Below are positions 20,639-29,551 of a stretch of 35,550 bases of DNA, piece by piece. Under the pieces are notes generated by a model. It was given only the letters and a program-made list of their open reading frames with translations, was not told the DNA's origin and ran no database searches. The stretch spans positions 1 to 35,550 of the forward strand of contig CAUZQF010000001.1 in assembly GCA_963581905.1 (NCBI GenBank), in the 5' to 3' direction. The DNA comes from Dehalococcoidia bacterium. Its GTDB lineage: Bacteria > Chloroflexota > Dehalococcoidia > Lucifugimonadales > JADFKI01. Position numbers and translations under genes: made by a program. Every line of letters begins with the position of its first letter. Within the stretch, counting starts at the first letter, position 1.

Positions 20639-20670
20639 AAACGAGGCGGCAATAACGCCGCCTCGTTTTG
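20639..20670 (+). terminator. intrinsic terminator after the ilvE-NIPSNAP pair
   Basis: ACGAGGCGGC-AATAAC-GCCGCCTCGT followed by TTTTG. Confidence 0.85.
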
Positions 20671-20815
20671 CGTTAGCGATACCTAATATGTTCATGGATT
20701 GGTCCCGCAGCCACTCTGAAAATTGATAGCGCTGGCTTATCGAAAATGATACGATGCGCGGTAATTCCAGGCCCGCTGGTGCCGCCTCGGAATAATAAAA
20801 TGAGGTGCAATTATT

Positions 20816-22192
20816 GTGGTTACTCGGCTGACCGGTGAAGAGATCGAGGAAATCAAGCAGATGGCCGCGGACCACTTCTGGCCCCATTCAAAGATGGCCG
20901 GAGACATGTCCGATGAGACCGGACTGAAGGTCGTTACCAGGGCCAAAGGCGTCTGGGTTGAGGACGTGGAAGGCCAGCAGTGGTTCGACACTATGGCAGG
21001 ACTCTGGCTGAAGAACATTGGCCATGGCCGAAAAGAGATTGCTGATGCAGTTTATGCACAGATGCAGGAAATTAGTTTTTCTCCTTTTGATACTGTAAGC
21101 CCCTCCACGGCGCGTCTGGCGGCGAGGGTGGCTGGGCTGGCTCCGGATAAGGATTCTCGTATTTATTTCGTCAGTGGCGGTTCTGAGGCTGTTGAGACCG
21201 CACTGAAGATGGCAAAGAACTACCACAAGATCAGGGGCGATTCGGCACGCTGGAAAATTCTCAGCAGGTGGGGCTCCTACCACGGGGCGACGCTGGCATG
21301 CACCAGCCTGGGCAGAGGCGGCGTCATGGGAAGCCTGCCTTCGGACTTCGGTCCCCTGGTGCCTGGCAACATCCACGTGGCGCAGCCCAACGAGTACCGC
21401 TGCCAGTTCTGCATAGAAAACGGCGGCTGCAACCTGGAGTGCGCTCGCGACGTAGACCGGACCATCGAGAACGAAGGGCCGTCCACCGTCGCCGCGTTCA
21501 TCGGTGAGCCGATCTCAGCGGCTGCTGGCATCCACGTGCCACACCCCGATTACTGGCCGACCATTCGCGAGATCTGTGACAAGCACGGCGTCGTGATGAT
21601 CTGCGACGAGGTCATTACCGGATTTGGCAGAATAGGCAAAATGTTCGGTATGGAAAACTGGGGAGTGAAGCCTGACATATTCACTGTTGCGAAGGCCTTA
21701 ACCAGCGGCTATTTGCCCATTGGTGCAGCCATCGCCAGCAGCAAGATTGCGAGCGTCTTTGAGGGTGATGCAGGCGCAACCTTCCAGCATCTGTTCACTT
21801 TCGGAGGTAACCCGACCTCCTGTGCAGCGGGAATGGCCAATCTGGACATCCTGGAAGGTGAGGGCATGGTGGAGAATTCCGCCAATATGGGCGCTTACCT
21901 ATTTGAGCAACTTCAGGGCCTTTACGAGCACCGCATCGTTGGCGACGTACGAGGTGGAATGGGTCTGCTGGCCTCTGTGGAGATTGTGAAGGACAGGGAT
22001 ACCAGGGAGCGCTTCCCAGCGGAGGCTGGCGTGGGAGCTAAGGTGTCGCTGCTGATGCGAGAGCACAACATGCTGGGCAGGGCAGCAGATGTCATTCCGC
22101 TATCGCCGCCTCTGTGCATTACTAAGGACGAGGTTGACCACATGGTGCGTCAGGTAGAGTCCATTGTGACCAAGCTGGAACAGCAGCTTTAG
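20816..22192 (+). CDS. class III (omega-type) PLP-dependent aminotransferase
   Basis: 458-aa ORF with FVSGGSEAVETALKMA, ICDEVITGFGRIGKMFG and FTVAKALTSGYLP (PLP lysine). Substrate cannot be assigned from the sequence. Confidence 0.9.
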   Translation: MVTRLTGEEIEEIKQMAADHFWPHSKMAGDMSDETGLKVVTRAKGVWVEDVEGQQWFDTMAGLWLKNIGHGRKEIADAVYAQMQEISFSPFDTVSPSTARLAARVAGLAPDKDSRIYFVSGGSEAVETALKMAKNYHKIRGDSARWKILSRWGSYHGATLACTSLGRGGVMGSLPSDFGPLVPGNIHVAQPNEYRCQFCIENGGCNLECARDVDRTIENEGPSTVAAFIGEPISAAAGIHVPHPDYWPTIREICDKHGVVMICDEVITGFGRIGKMFGMENWGVKPDIFTVAKALTSGYLPIGAAIASSKIASVFEGDAGATFQHLFTFGGNPTSCAAGMANLDILEGEGMVENSANMGAYLFEQLQGLYEHRIVGDVRGGMGLLASVEIVKDRDTRERFPAEAGVGAKVSLLMREHNMLGRAADVIPLSPPLCITKDEVDHMVRQVESIVTKLEQQL

Positions 22193-22218
22193 CGGCAACT
22201 TAAGCCTGAATCTGAATC

Positions 22219-22256
22219 AAACGGGGTAGACCATATTGATCTACCCCGTTTTGTTG
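22219..22256. terminator. intrinsic terminator between the convergent aminotransferase and protease genes
   Basis: AACGGGGTAGA-CCATATTGA-TCTACCCCGTT followed by TTGTTG. Confidence 0.8.
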
Positions 22257-22291
22257 TCTTATATCTGAGTCGATATGAGAGCCTTGCCAGC

Positions 22292-23443
22292 CTAAATGTC
22301 CGGCCATTTTCCTAGGTCGACCTTAACATTCAAATTGTTCCCATTTCTGACCACATTTATAGTTACGTCATCGCCAGGGCGTTTCTTGTTGAAGTAGGCG
22401 TCCATATCGTCCACAGAGTGGATGGGCATGTCGTCTATCGCCACAATTACGTCACCCTGATTTGTGGCTGCCGAGAACGGCTGAAAACCGACCTGTTTGG
22501 CGAGGCTGTTGGGCAGGGTATGGGTAACGACGACACCATACTTTATGTCCAGCGTCTTGGACAGCTGTTCGCTAATTGGGCCATCGCTTATTCCCAACCA
22601 GGGCCTCCGGATCTCCTGAGCTATCATGAGGTCAGGCAGTAGGCTGGCAATGGTGTTGCTGGGCACCGCGAATCCTATGCGGAAGTCGCCTATGCCCTGG
22701 ATTGCCGGCGTGCGCACGGCTGAGGTTACGCCTATGACCTCTCCATTAGAGTTGAGCAATGGGCCGCCAGAGTTGCCTGGATTGAGGGCGGCGTCCGTCT
22801 GAATCATATCTGGAATAGGCCTGCTGAGTGGGCTAATGGGACCTCGGCCTGTGCCGCTTACAATCCCCACTGTAACTGAATTGAAGTTTCGGAAGAAGCT
22901 GCCAATTGCAACCGCCATCTGCCCAGCTTCAACCTTGTCGGAATCGGCGAGCTTCAGTGGGAGTATGTTTCCCAAGTCCGATGGGTCTACCTGAATCAGC
23001 GCGAGATCATCAGCCGGACTGATACCCAATAGTGTTGCCGTTAGAGTACGCCCTTTAGAGGTGTTTACACGTATCTTGTCAGCACCCTCAATCACGTGGT
23101 TGTTGGTGAGAATGTGGCCTCTATTATCGATTAGAAAGCCCGATCCGGTACCCATGGCCGCATAGGCCTGATTACTGTTATCACGGGTAACGGTTATCTC
23201 CACGACAGCAGCACTGGCTTCTGAGAAGAATCGCGTTACCAGGCTCTCGTCATACAGAGGAGTGCGTTTATTCGCACTGGAGTTGGATACCAGTATGCCG
23301 TAGGAAAAACCTAGCAGAATGGCGATGGAGGACAGAACCAAAGCCAATGAGCGTGTAACACCTAATCTACTGAGGCCCGTACGAACCTCAACAGCGGCGC
23401 CAAAAGCAGGGTTAAGATAGTAGCTGTTATTTGGGTAGTCCAT
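22292..23443 (-). CDS. membrane-anchored HtrA/DegP-like S1C serine protease with a C-terminal PDZ domain
   Basis: N-terminal transmembrane segment (LALVLSSIAILLGFSYGILV), catalytic His (LTNNHVI), Ser (GNSGGPLLN), and a PDZ-like tail (GDVIVAIDDMPI). Confidence 0.9.
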   Translation of the reverse strand: MDYPNNSYYLNPAFGAAVEVRTGLSRLGVTRSLALVLSSIAILLGFSYGILVSNSSANKRTPLYDESLVTRFFSEASAAVVEITVTRDNSNQAYAAMGTGSGFLIDNRGHILTNNHVIEGADKIRVNTSKGRTLTATLLGISPADDLALIQVDPSDLGNILPLKLADSDKVEAGQMAVAIGSFFRNFNSVTVGIVSGTGRGPISPLSRPIPDMIQTDAALNPGNSGGPLLNSNGEVIGVTSAVRTPAIQGIGDFRIGFAVPSNTIASLLPDLMIAQEIRRPWLGISDGPISEQLSKTLDIKYGVVVTHTLPNSLAKQVGFQPFSAATNQGDVIVAIDDMPIHSVDDMDAYFNKKRPGDDVTINVVRNGNNLNVKVDLGKWPDI

Positions 23444-23632
23444 TGGTTTACGCCTAGACTAGCTGGGAAACGACAGTAAATTGATATTGGTCTAGTATAT
23501 CGGCAGGATGACTAGCGCCAACTAGCGTGTCCATTCGTAGTTGGTCTAGGGAAGTTCACCGTTTTACGTGGGTGCGCATCCTACTACTAAGCGCATTGCT
23601 ACAGCGGATATTTATTAGGTTAGGGGTGTTAA

Positions 23633-25006
23633 ATGCCAATAAGATCCTTAATGGTAGGTGCCTTCGGCGTGCTAACGCTGGTGGCGATGGCCTGTACGAG
23701 TGCAGTGAGCCCTCCTGCTGCCTCACCGGGGACGGCACCTACCACGATTCCCTCAGTACCCACGGCAAGTCCCACAGAAGTACCCGGCGAGGTTCCGCAA
23801 AGCACAAAGGTGCCCCTCGAAGTAACGCAAGCCGCACCCACTGCCGCATTGCCTGTATTAACGGAAACCGTAATTCCCGAGACTGAAGTGGAAACGGGCG
23901 TCGCTGTTACCCAGACAGATTCGAAGCTGCTGGACCCTGACGAGAGGCCCCCGAATTTTGTGCAGGTGCAGTGGAGGACCGACTTCAGCCGTCACACAGT
24001 GCGCTACGATGAAATCCAGTCTGGTGGACCACCTCGCGATGGCATCCCCCCAATTGATTTCCCTGAATTTGCCAGCGTTGCCTAGGCTCCTGAGTATATG
24101 AACCCTCTGGAACCTGTCATCGCTCTTGAGATTGATGGCGATGCGCGAGCGTACCCTCTGGCCGTGCTGATATGACATGAGATCGTCAATGACAAGGTTG
24201 GCGGCATACCGGTCAGCATCACTTACTGCCCGCTGTGCAATACGGCGATTACTTTTGATCGTAGGGTAGGCGATCGGGTATTGGATTTCGGGACCTCAGG
24301 CATGGTCCGCAAGAGCGATCTTGTCATGTGGAACCGTCAGACCGAGTCCTGGTGGCAGTAGATCACTGGCGAAGCCATCGTGGGTGAATTAACCAACACG
24401 AAGCTCAATTTCATACCGGCTCCCTTAATATCGTGGGAGGAATTTGCGGAGGCCTATCCTGATGGCCAGGTATTGACGCGAAACACCGGTTTTTCCAGGA
24501 ATTACGTGGCGCCGCCTTATAAGGACTACTACTCTCTTGAATCCGAACCATTCCTGTTTAGAGGGAGCATCGACTCTGCACTGCCATCCATGGAACGGGT
24601 AATCGGGTTGGAGTTGGGGCAGGCTAAGGTCGCCTATCCATTCGGAAGCTTTGCGGACATCCCGGTAGTACACGACACGGTGTCGGGCCAGGAAGTTGTG
24701 ATTTTCTTCGCCGGCGACACGTTGTCCGCATTCAGCGGCAGGGGTTTCGACGAAAGAAGGACCGTGGGTACTACAGGTGTCTTCAGTCCAGTGGTGGATG
24801 GCCGAAGCCTGACATTAGCTGCCGAGTATGGGGTGATTTTAGATGACCAGACGGGCTCAGAGTGGAACCTTCTTGGTCAGGCTGTCGCAGGCGAACTGCA
24901 GGGCAAGAACCTGGAGCCGATTGTGCATGTGAACCACTTCTGGTTTGCATGGCAGGCCTTCTTCCCCGATACCAAAATCCGGTCAGCCGACGACATTAGC
25001 GGTTAA
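23633..25006 (+). pseudogene. DUF3179-family secreted lipoprotein gene with three in-frame nonsense codons
   Basis: A single frame runs from the ATG at 23633 to the TAA at 25004-25006. It encodes a signal/lipobox (LTLVAMAC), a Pro/Thr/Ala linker and a DUF3179 core (DGIPPIDFPEF, AYPLAVLI*HEIVND, ITYCPLCNTA, FGTSGMV, WWQ*ITGEAI). The frame is broken only by TAG 24083-24085, TGA 24173-24175 and TAG 24359-24361. The two track ORFs 23633..24085 and 24380..25006 are in the same frame. Confidence 0.8.
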
Positions 25007-25027
25007 TTTCAAGGTAAAATAACCAAA

Positions 25028-25060
25028 GAAATAGGGGCGATTAATCGCCCCTATTTCTTT
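25028..25060. terminator. bidirectional intrinsic terminator between DUF3179 and hemQ
   Basis: AAATAGGGGCGA-TTAA-TCGCCCCTATTTCTTT. Confidence 0.85.
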
Positions 25061-25089
25061 ATACGGAATATGGGAATCGGTTTTAGAGG

Positions 25090-25788
25090 CTAACCAGCCA
25101 GGCTGTCCAAAGTGTCGTATATGGATTTGTGGATGCACGTGAATATCGGCGTGTCGCGGAGAGTGTAGAGACTGCCTTCCACGCCGCGCAGGTCCATCAC
25201 CAGGTCCAGGAAATCCGAAGGGTTGTCGGTCTCGAAAGCCACGACGAACTCCTGGTCGTCAAGACCGAAAGAGTATGTCGTATTGATCTTCACAGATGGA
25301 TATTCGTGCCCAACTCTGAAGTGATCGTTCATCATACGCTGGCGCTCCTCAGGTGGGAGCAGGTACCACTCGCGGGTCTTTAGGAAAGGGTACACGATGA
25401 AATATTCGGCTTTGCCCGGCCGTAAGCGAATGCTGGTGCCCTCTTGCCCGGCGTGCTTGTGCTGAGAGACGTAGGGCGAACGGTGGGTCATCGACAGGTA
25501 TGAGTACGGCTGCGTAAGATAAGCGCCCAGGCCGGTCGACCACATATGTGTAGCTGAGTCCTGAATGCCTTCAATGTCGTCTGAAGCCTGCCAAATAAGG
25601 AAATCGGTGTCTCCTCTAAGGCCTATCAGGCTAAAGGTCCGAGTAAATATGTTTGCCGAGGTCTCATCAACGACGGATGCGAACTCTTTCTTATGTTCAG
25701 CTCGAGTTTCTTTGTCGAGCCGACGCCACATGGGGTCAACTTTGAAGAAATTGTACTTAACGAACTGTCTGCGGCCGGTTTCAGCCAT
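25090..25788 (-). CDS. hemQ: coproheme decarboxylase / hydrogen-peroxide-dependent heme synthase (chlorite-dismutase family)
   Basis: 232-aa ORF with YFIVYPFLKTREWYLL, RQRMMNDHFRVGHEYP, NTTYSFGLDDQEFVVAFETD and LVMDLR, which matches the HemQ/ChdC pattern. Confidence 0.85.
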   Translation of the reverse strand: MAETGRRQFVKYNFFKVDPMWRRLDKETRAEHKKEFASVVDETSANIFTRTFSLIGLRGDTDFLIWQASDDIEGIQDSATHMWSTGLGAYLTQPYSYLSMTHRSPYVSQHKHAGQEGTSIRLRPGKAEYFIVYPFLKTREWYLLPPEERQRMMNDHFRVGHEYPSVKINTTYSFGLDDQEFVVAFETDNPSDFLDLVMDLRGVEGSLYTLRDTPIFTCIHKSIYDTLDSLAG

Positions 25789-25919
25789 TCAATCATCCTC
25801 CTGGGTATGCGTGTGAGGCTTGCGGGAAATGAACATCGCAGGCGTGAATGACCTAAGAATAGCCATTCAAAACATGGCAAATTATAGCATGATTAATAGT
25901 ACGCCCAGTGACCCCGTCA

Positions 25920-25948
25920 TTGACGTAAGCACCAAACAGGGCTATGAT
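25920..25948 (+). promoter_or_regulatory. candidate sigma-70-type promoter of tatA
   Basis: TTGACG (25920-25925), a 17-nt spacer and TATGAT (25943-25948), about 75 nt upstream of the tatA ATG. Confidence 0.45.
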
Positions 25949-26023
25949 TTTACCGTCTAAGGTTTTAGTTAAACAACCTTATCAAAACGCAATTAAGCAT
26001 AAGTAGAATTCAGAAGGTTTGCC

Positions 26024-26251
26024 ATGGGTATGTTGCGAGGGATCGGTCCTCTGGAGCTAATAATAGTTCTAGTTATCGTGATGATGATCTTTGGAGTCGG
26101 CAAGCTTCCCCAGGTGGGCCAGACCATGGGTAAGGCCATAAGGGAGTTTCGCAAGTCTCAGAACGAAGATGAGCCGGAAACTCCAGTTGCTGCTGTTAAT
26201 GAGTCGGTAACTAGCGAGTCTGAGGATACGACGCCCAAGACTCTCGCTTAA
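26024..26251 (+). CDS. tatA: twin-arginine translocase subunit TatA/E
   Basis: 75-aa ORF: GPLELIIVLVIVMMIFGVGKLPQVGQTMGKAIREFRK, a transmembrane helix plus amphipathic helix, followed by an acidic tail. Confidence 0.9.
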   Translation: MGMLRGIGPLELIIVLVIVMMIFGVGKLPQVGQTMGKAIREFRKSQNEDEPETPVAAVNESVTSESEDTTPKTLA

Positions 26252-26270
26252 ATTTCTTCTTTACCTGGAT

Positions 26271-27065
26271 TTAGGCTTCTTCTTTTTCTTCAGGCTCTTC
26301 AGATTTAGCTTCTTCCAGTTCTTTGGACCTATTCTTCGACCGGCACTTGGTGCCCACCCAGGCCATACCGATGCCCGCAATGTAAAGCCCCAATATCGGG
26401 GCCGCGACAATAGCCTGGTTTACTGGATCGATGCTTGGCGTAATTATCGCCCCCAAGATAAAGGCAACAACCAGAGCATATCGCCAGTTCTTTAGTAGGA
26501 ACATCGGCGTGACAAGGCCTATTTTCGCCAGAAAGAAGAGGACAACGGGAGTCTCAAACAGCACTCCCAGCCATATCAGCAGTGATAGCACGGTGCTGAC
26601 ATATCTGCCAATACGAATCTGGGGGGTTGCTACCTCGGTGCCAAAATTCAACAGGAAATTGATCATCGGTGGAATGAGAACTTTGTAGCCAAAAGCGGCA
26701 CCGATGAGGAAAACTATTATTGCTACCGGCAGAAGGGCAAATAGGTAACGCCTTTCTGATTTCGTTAGTCCTGGTGAGACGAAAAGCGCTAGCTGGAAAA
26801 AAACGAATGGAAAAGAGACGAATACCCCAGCCATAAGTGAGGCCTTCATGGCTGTGCTAATGAACTCTGTAATCTCGGTGTAGATTGGCTTGCCGCCGGG
26901 AATGGTGTCGAAGCCCCCGGCCGGCGCCATCAACAGTGTGAGGATTTGCTGATGAAACGCAAATGCGATGCCAGTGGTGATGACGATTGCGATGGAGGAG
27001 TAGAAGAGACGTTTTCGTAACTCCAACAGGTGATCCTGGATGGAGCTGCTGCGTTCCTCGGTCAA
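26271..27065 (-). CDS. tatC: twin-arginine translocase subunit TatC
   Basis: 264-aa six-transmembrane ORF beginning ...IQDHLLELRKRLFYS, with TatC-type loops (FVSPGLTKSERRY). Confidence 0.94.
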   Translation of the reverse strand: MTEERSSSIQDHLLELRKRLFYSSIAIVITTGIAFAFHQQILTLLMAPAGGFDTIPGGKPIYTEITEFISTAMKASLMAGVFVSFPFVFFQLALFVSPGLTKSERRYLFALLPVAIIVFLIGAAFGYKVLIPPMINFLLNFGTEVATPQIRIGRYVSTVLSLLIWLGVLFETPVVLFFLAKIGLVTPMFLLKNWRYALVVAFILGAIITPSIDPVNQAIVAAPILGLYIAGIGMAWVGTKCRSKNRSKELEEAKSEEPEEKEEA

Positions 27066-27463
27066 GACTGGCCCTCTTGCGACTCTGTAGAAGAGGCCTC
27101 TTTCGCGGCTGCCTCTGCCTCCAATTTTTCGCGATGAAGCTGTCGTGCGCTTTTGAAAGAGACTGGGCCGTCAGATTCGGCAAGGGAACCGGTCCCGTTT
27201 TCAGTAGCGTCCGATTCAGAGGCCGGGTTAGAGCCGGACGGAGCCTGTGGCACGTCGGTCTGGTCTGTCTTGTCTGCGGGACGCGGATTGATTATATCGT
27301 TGACGTCCACCATTTCGCGGACCTCGGCGGTCATCTTGCGAATCTCGCGAGTTAGCTTTCCAAAGAGTCGGGCTAACTCAATCATACGTGTTGGTCCTAA
27401 GAATATAAAAGCCACCAGCAGGACCATGATCAGTTCTGGTGGTCCAATGCCTAGGAGGCTCAC
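27062..27463 (-). CDS. TatA/TatB-family translocase subunit (TatB-like, long acidic tail)
   Basis: 133-aa ORF: LGIGPPELIMVLLVAFIFLGPTRMIELARLFGKLTREIRKM. Its stop overlaps the tatC start by 4 nt. Confidence 0.8.
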   Translation of the reverse strand: MSLLGIGPPELIMVLLVAFIFLGPTRMIELARLFGKLTREIRKMTAEVREMVDVNDIINPRPADKTDQTDVPQAPSGSNPASESDATENGTGSLAESDGPVSFKSARQLHREKLEAEAAAKEASSTESQEGQS

Positions 27464-28137
27464 CTAACCTGTCCCTTCGTCGCATACGATAGCTCGCAGT
27501 TTTCGCACTCTTCAGGAATCTTCCATCCCTTTTTTATACCAGTCTCTACACCCATTCTACCCAACAGCGCTATGGTGTCACATAAGGGCAGCCCCACAAC
27601 ATTGAGGTAGCAGCCATATATACGTATAGCCGGGCGAAAATTCTGGTCTTGGGCGGCGTATGCTCCAGCCTTGTCCATAGGTTCGCCTGACACAATGTAC
27701 GCCATCATCTCGTCGTCCGAGTATTCCCTGAGGTGTACATCGCTGGACCGGGAAATGGTTTGGCATATGCCGGTAGTGGTGTCCAGCACGGCCACGCCGG
27801 TTACGACGCCGTGTACCTGGCCACGCAAGGACCTTAGCATGCGTTCCGCCTCGGCCTTATCAGCGGGCTTGCCCATGATGGTTTCGCCCAGCGCTACCGA
27901 GGTGTCGGCACCGATGATAATGGTCTGCCCAGGGGTGGGGACAGCGCCACGGGCCTTCAGTTCAGCAAGGCGCTGCACATAGTCGGAGGGCGTCTCGCCT
28001 AGATTCGGTGACGGCTCTTCGCCCTGGGAACCGATTACATCCACATCGGAGTTCAGCCCCTTGATGATCTCTCGTCGTCGCGGAGAGCCTGATGCCAGGG
28101 CGATTCGGCCTAATGATGAAGGCTGAGGGACTGTCAT
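27460..28137 (-). CDS. maf: Maf-like nucleoside-triphosphate pyrophosphatase with a C-terminal Cys-containing extension
   Basis: IALASGSPRRREI, IIGADTSV, GKPADKAEAERML, DKAGAYAAQ. Four-nucleotide overlaps with both neighbouring genes. Confidence 0.86.
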   Translation of the reverse strand: MTVPQPSSLGRIALASGSPRRREIIKGLNSDVDVIGSQGEEPSPNLGETPSDYVQRLAELKARGAVPTPGQTIIIGADTSVALGETIMGKPADKAEAERMLRSLRGQVHGVVTGVAVLDTTTGICQTISRSSDVHLREYSDDEMMAYIVSGEPMDKAGAYAAQDQNFRPAIRIYGCYLNVVGLPLCDTIALLGRMGVETGIKKGWKIPEECENCELSYATKGQVR

Positions 28138-29363
28138 TCGTTGCGACTTTCGTTGTTATGTCTCAGTACCGTGAGGCACTCCACATGGTGTGTTTGCGGA
28201 AACATATCTATAGGCTGGACCGATTCGACCTCATAACCGCCGTCTACCAGGACTGCCAAATCCCTGGTCAGTGTCTCTGGGTCGCAGGAGACGTATGCGA
28301 TGCGCCTACTGGGGTGTGAAATGAGCGTCTCCAGTGTGTCAGGATGGCAACCCACTCTTGGAGGGTCCAGGATGACGGCATCTGGTGTTTCGCCCAGTTC
28401 CTTTAGCACGTCCTCGGTTTTGCCCTTGATGAAGTCCAGGTTGTCGATGCCATCAGTGTTCACGGCGGCGTCCTTGACAGCGGCGGCCGACTCCTCGATG
28501 GCGATGACCTTGCGCACGGATGACGCCAATAGAACGGCGAAGGTGCCAACTCCAGCGTAGGCGTCGATAAGCAGTTCCTGGCCAGTCAGGCCTAACCTGT
28601 CGCGTACCAGCTCCATCATCTGTTCGGTCTGTGGCGTGTTCACCTGGGCGAAGGACGGCGACGCTATTCGGAGATCGTGGCCCATAAGCCGTTCCGTGTA
28701 ATGTGTCTGGCCTGTCTTAATGGCGATTTCGCTGCTTACCATGAGAGGCTGAATCAGCCAGTCGCCTGTGTTCACGCCCAGCCGTATTGATAGCTGAGTG
28801 GTCTCGGCGACATTGTCCTGCAACGCGCGCACAGACTCGTTAATGCCGGGGGCCATTATCATGCATTTGTCTATTTTCACGAACCGCCGGCTGAGCCTGT
28901 TAACGAAGCCCATCTGCCCGCCGTTTCGCACCGTGAATCGGGCGTGATTGCGGTAGTTCAACAGCTGTGGACTAGCTAAGGTTGGGGGAACTTGCACTGC
29001 TTGGAGCTGAGAGTATTTCGAGAAATTGTCGCTTACTCTGTCGCGTTTTAGCTCAAGCTGGTGCTCGTACTCGATGTGTTGCCATTGGCAGCCCGTGCAT
29101 GCGCCGAAGTAGCCGCATGGAGCTTCCACACGGTGAGGTGATGCTGTAAGAACGCGCGTTACGATGCCGGACACGTGGTCCTGACGCCGTCTGCGATACC
29201 TCAGTATGCGAACTTCGACTTGCTCGCCAGGAATGCCGCCAAAGACATTTATCGTGCCGTCTTCGAATGCGGCTAGCGTATCACCGAGGCTACCCCAGCT
29301 CGTCAGTTCAAGCTGAGTAACTTCCTGCTCTTCCGCCCTCTCATTTTGGCTAACAAGCGCCAT
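28134..29363 (-). CDS. TRAM-domain, [4Fe-4S]-type 23S rRNA (uracil-C5)-methyltransferase (RlmD/RumA family)
   Basis: Cluster motif CGYFGACTGCQWQH, SAM-binding motif DAYAGVGTFA, DPPRVG, and the catalytic region YVSCDPETL. Confidence 0.86.
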   Translation of the reverse strand: MALVSQNERAEEQEVTQLELTSWGSLGDTLAAFEDGTINVFGGIPGEQVEVRILRYRRRRQDHVSGIVTRVLTASPHRVEAPCGYFGACTGCQWQHIEYEHQLELKRDRVSDNFSKYSQLQAVQVPPTLASPQLLNYRNHARFTVRNGGQMGFVNRLSRRFVKIDKCMIMAPGINESVRALQDNVAETTQLSIRLGVNTGDWLIQPLMVSSEIAIKTGQTHYTERLMGHDLRIASPSFAQVNTPQTEQMMELVRDRLGLTGQELLIDAYAGVGTFAVLLASSVRKVIAIEESAAAVKDAAVNTDGIDNLDFIKGKTEDVLKELGETPDAVILDPPRVGCHPDTLETLISHPSRRIAYVSCDPETLTRDLAVLVDGGYEVESVQPIDMFPQTHHVECLTVLRHNNESRNE

Positions 29364-29479
29364 GTTTAGACCGTAACCCCGTGAGTTGTTTTCGGTGTAA
29401 TTTTATCACTTCGCGACCTTCAAATCGTATCATAATGTCGGATTTATGACCCAAGTTGAGAGGCATGAGGATTGGGCGG

Positions 29480-29505
29480 CCGTAGTGAGCACCCGTAGTG
29501 AGCAC
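29480..29505 (+). repeat. perfect 13-bp tandem duplication (CCGTAGTGAGCAC x2) in the lipA promoter region
   Basis: Read directly: copies at 29480-29492 and 29493-29505. They end 11 nt upstream of an extended -10 element, TGgTATGAT (29517-29525). Confidence 0.9.
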
Positions 29506-29551
29506 AAGGTGACGTCTGGTATGATGTGATGAAGGCTTAATAGAGGGCAAT

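Noticed and set aside
24083-24361. Stop-codon reassignment, selenocysteine or pyrrolysine as the explanation for the in-frame TAG/TGA/TAG in the DUF3179 gene (and the TAA/TGA in orphan A)
   Set aside because: TAA, TAG and TGA each end several conserved, full-length genes in this same window at the expected positions: TAA for metK and ahcY, TAG for rhodanese, mtnP and PFK, TGA for the thioesterase and the substrate-binding protein. The TGA falls at a likely Trp position rather than a Cys/Sec position. I see no SECIS-like hairpin just downstream and no pyl or sel machinery. Pseudogenisation is the simpler explanation.
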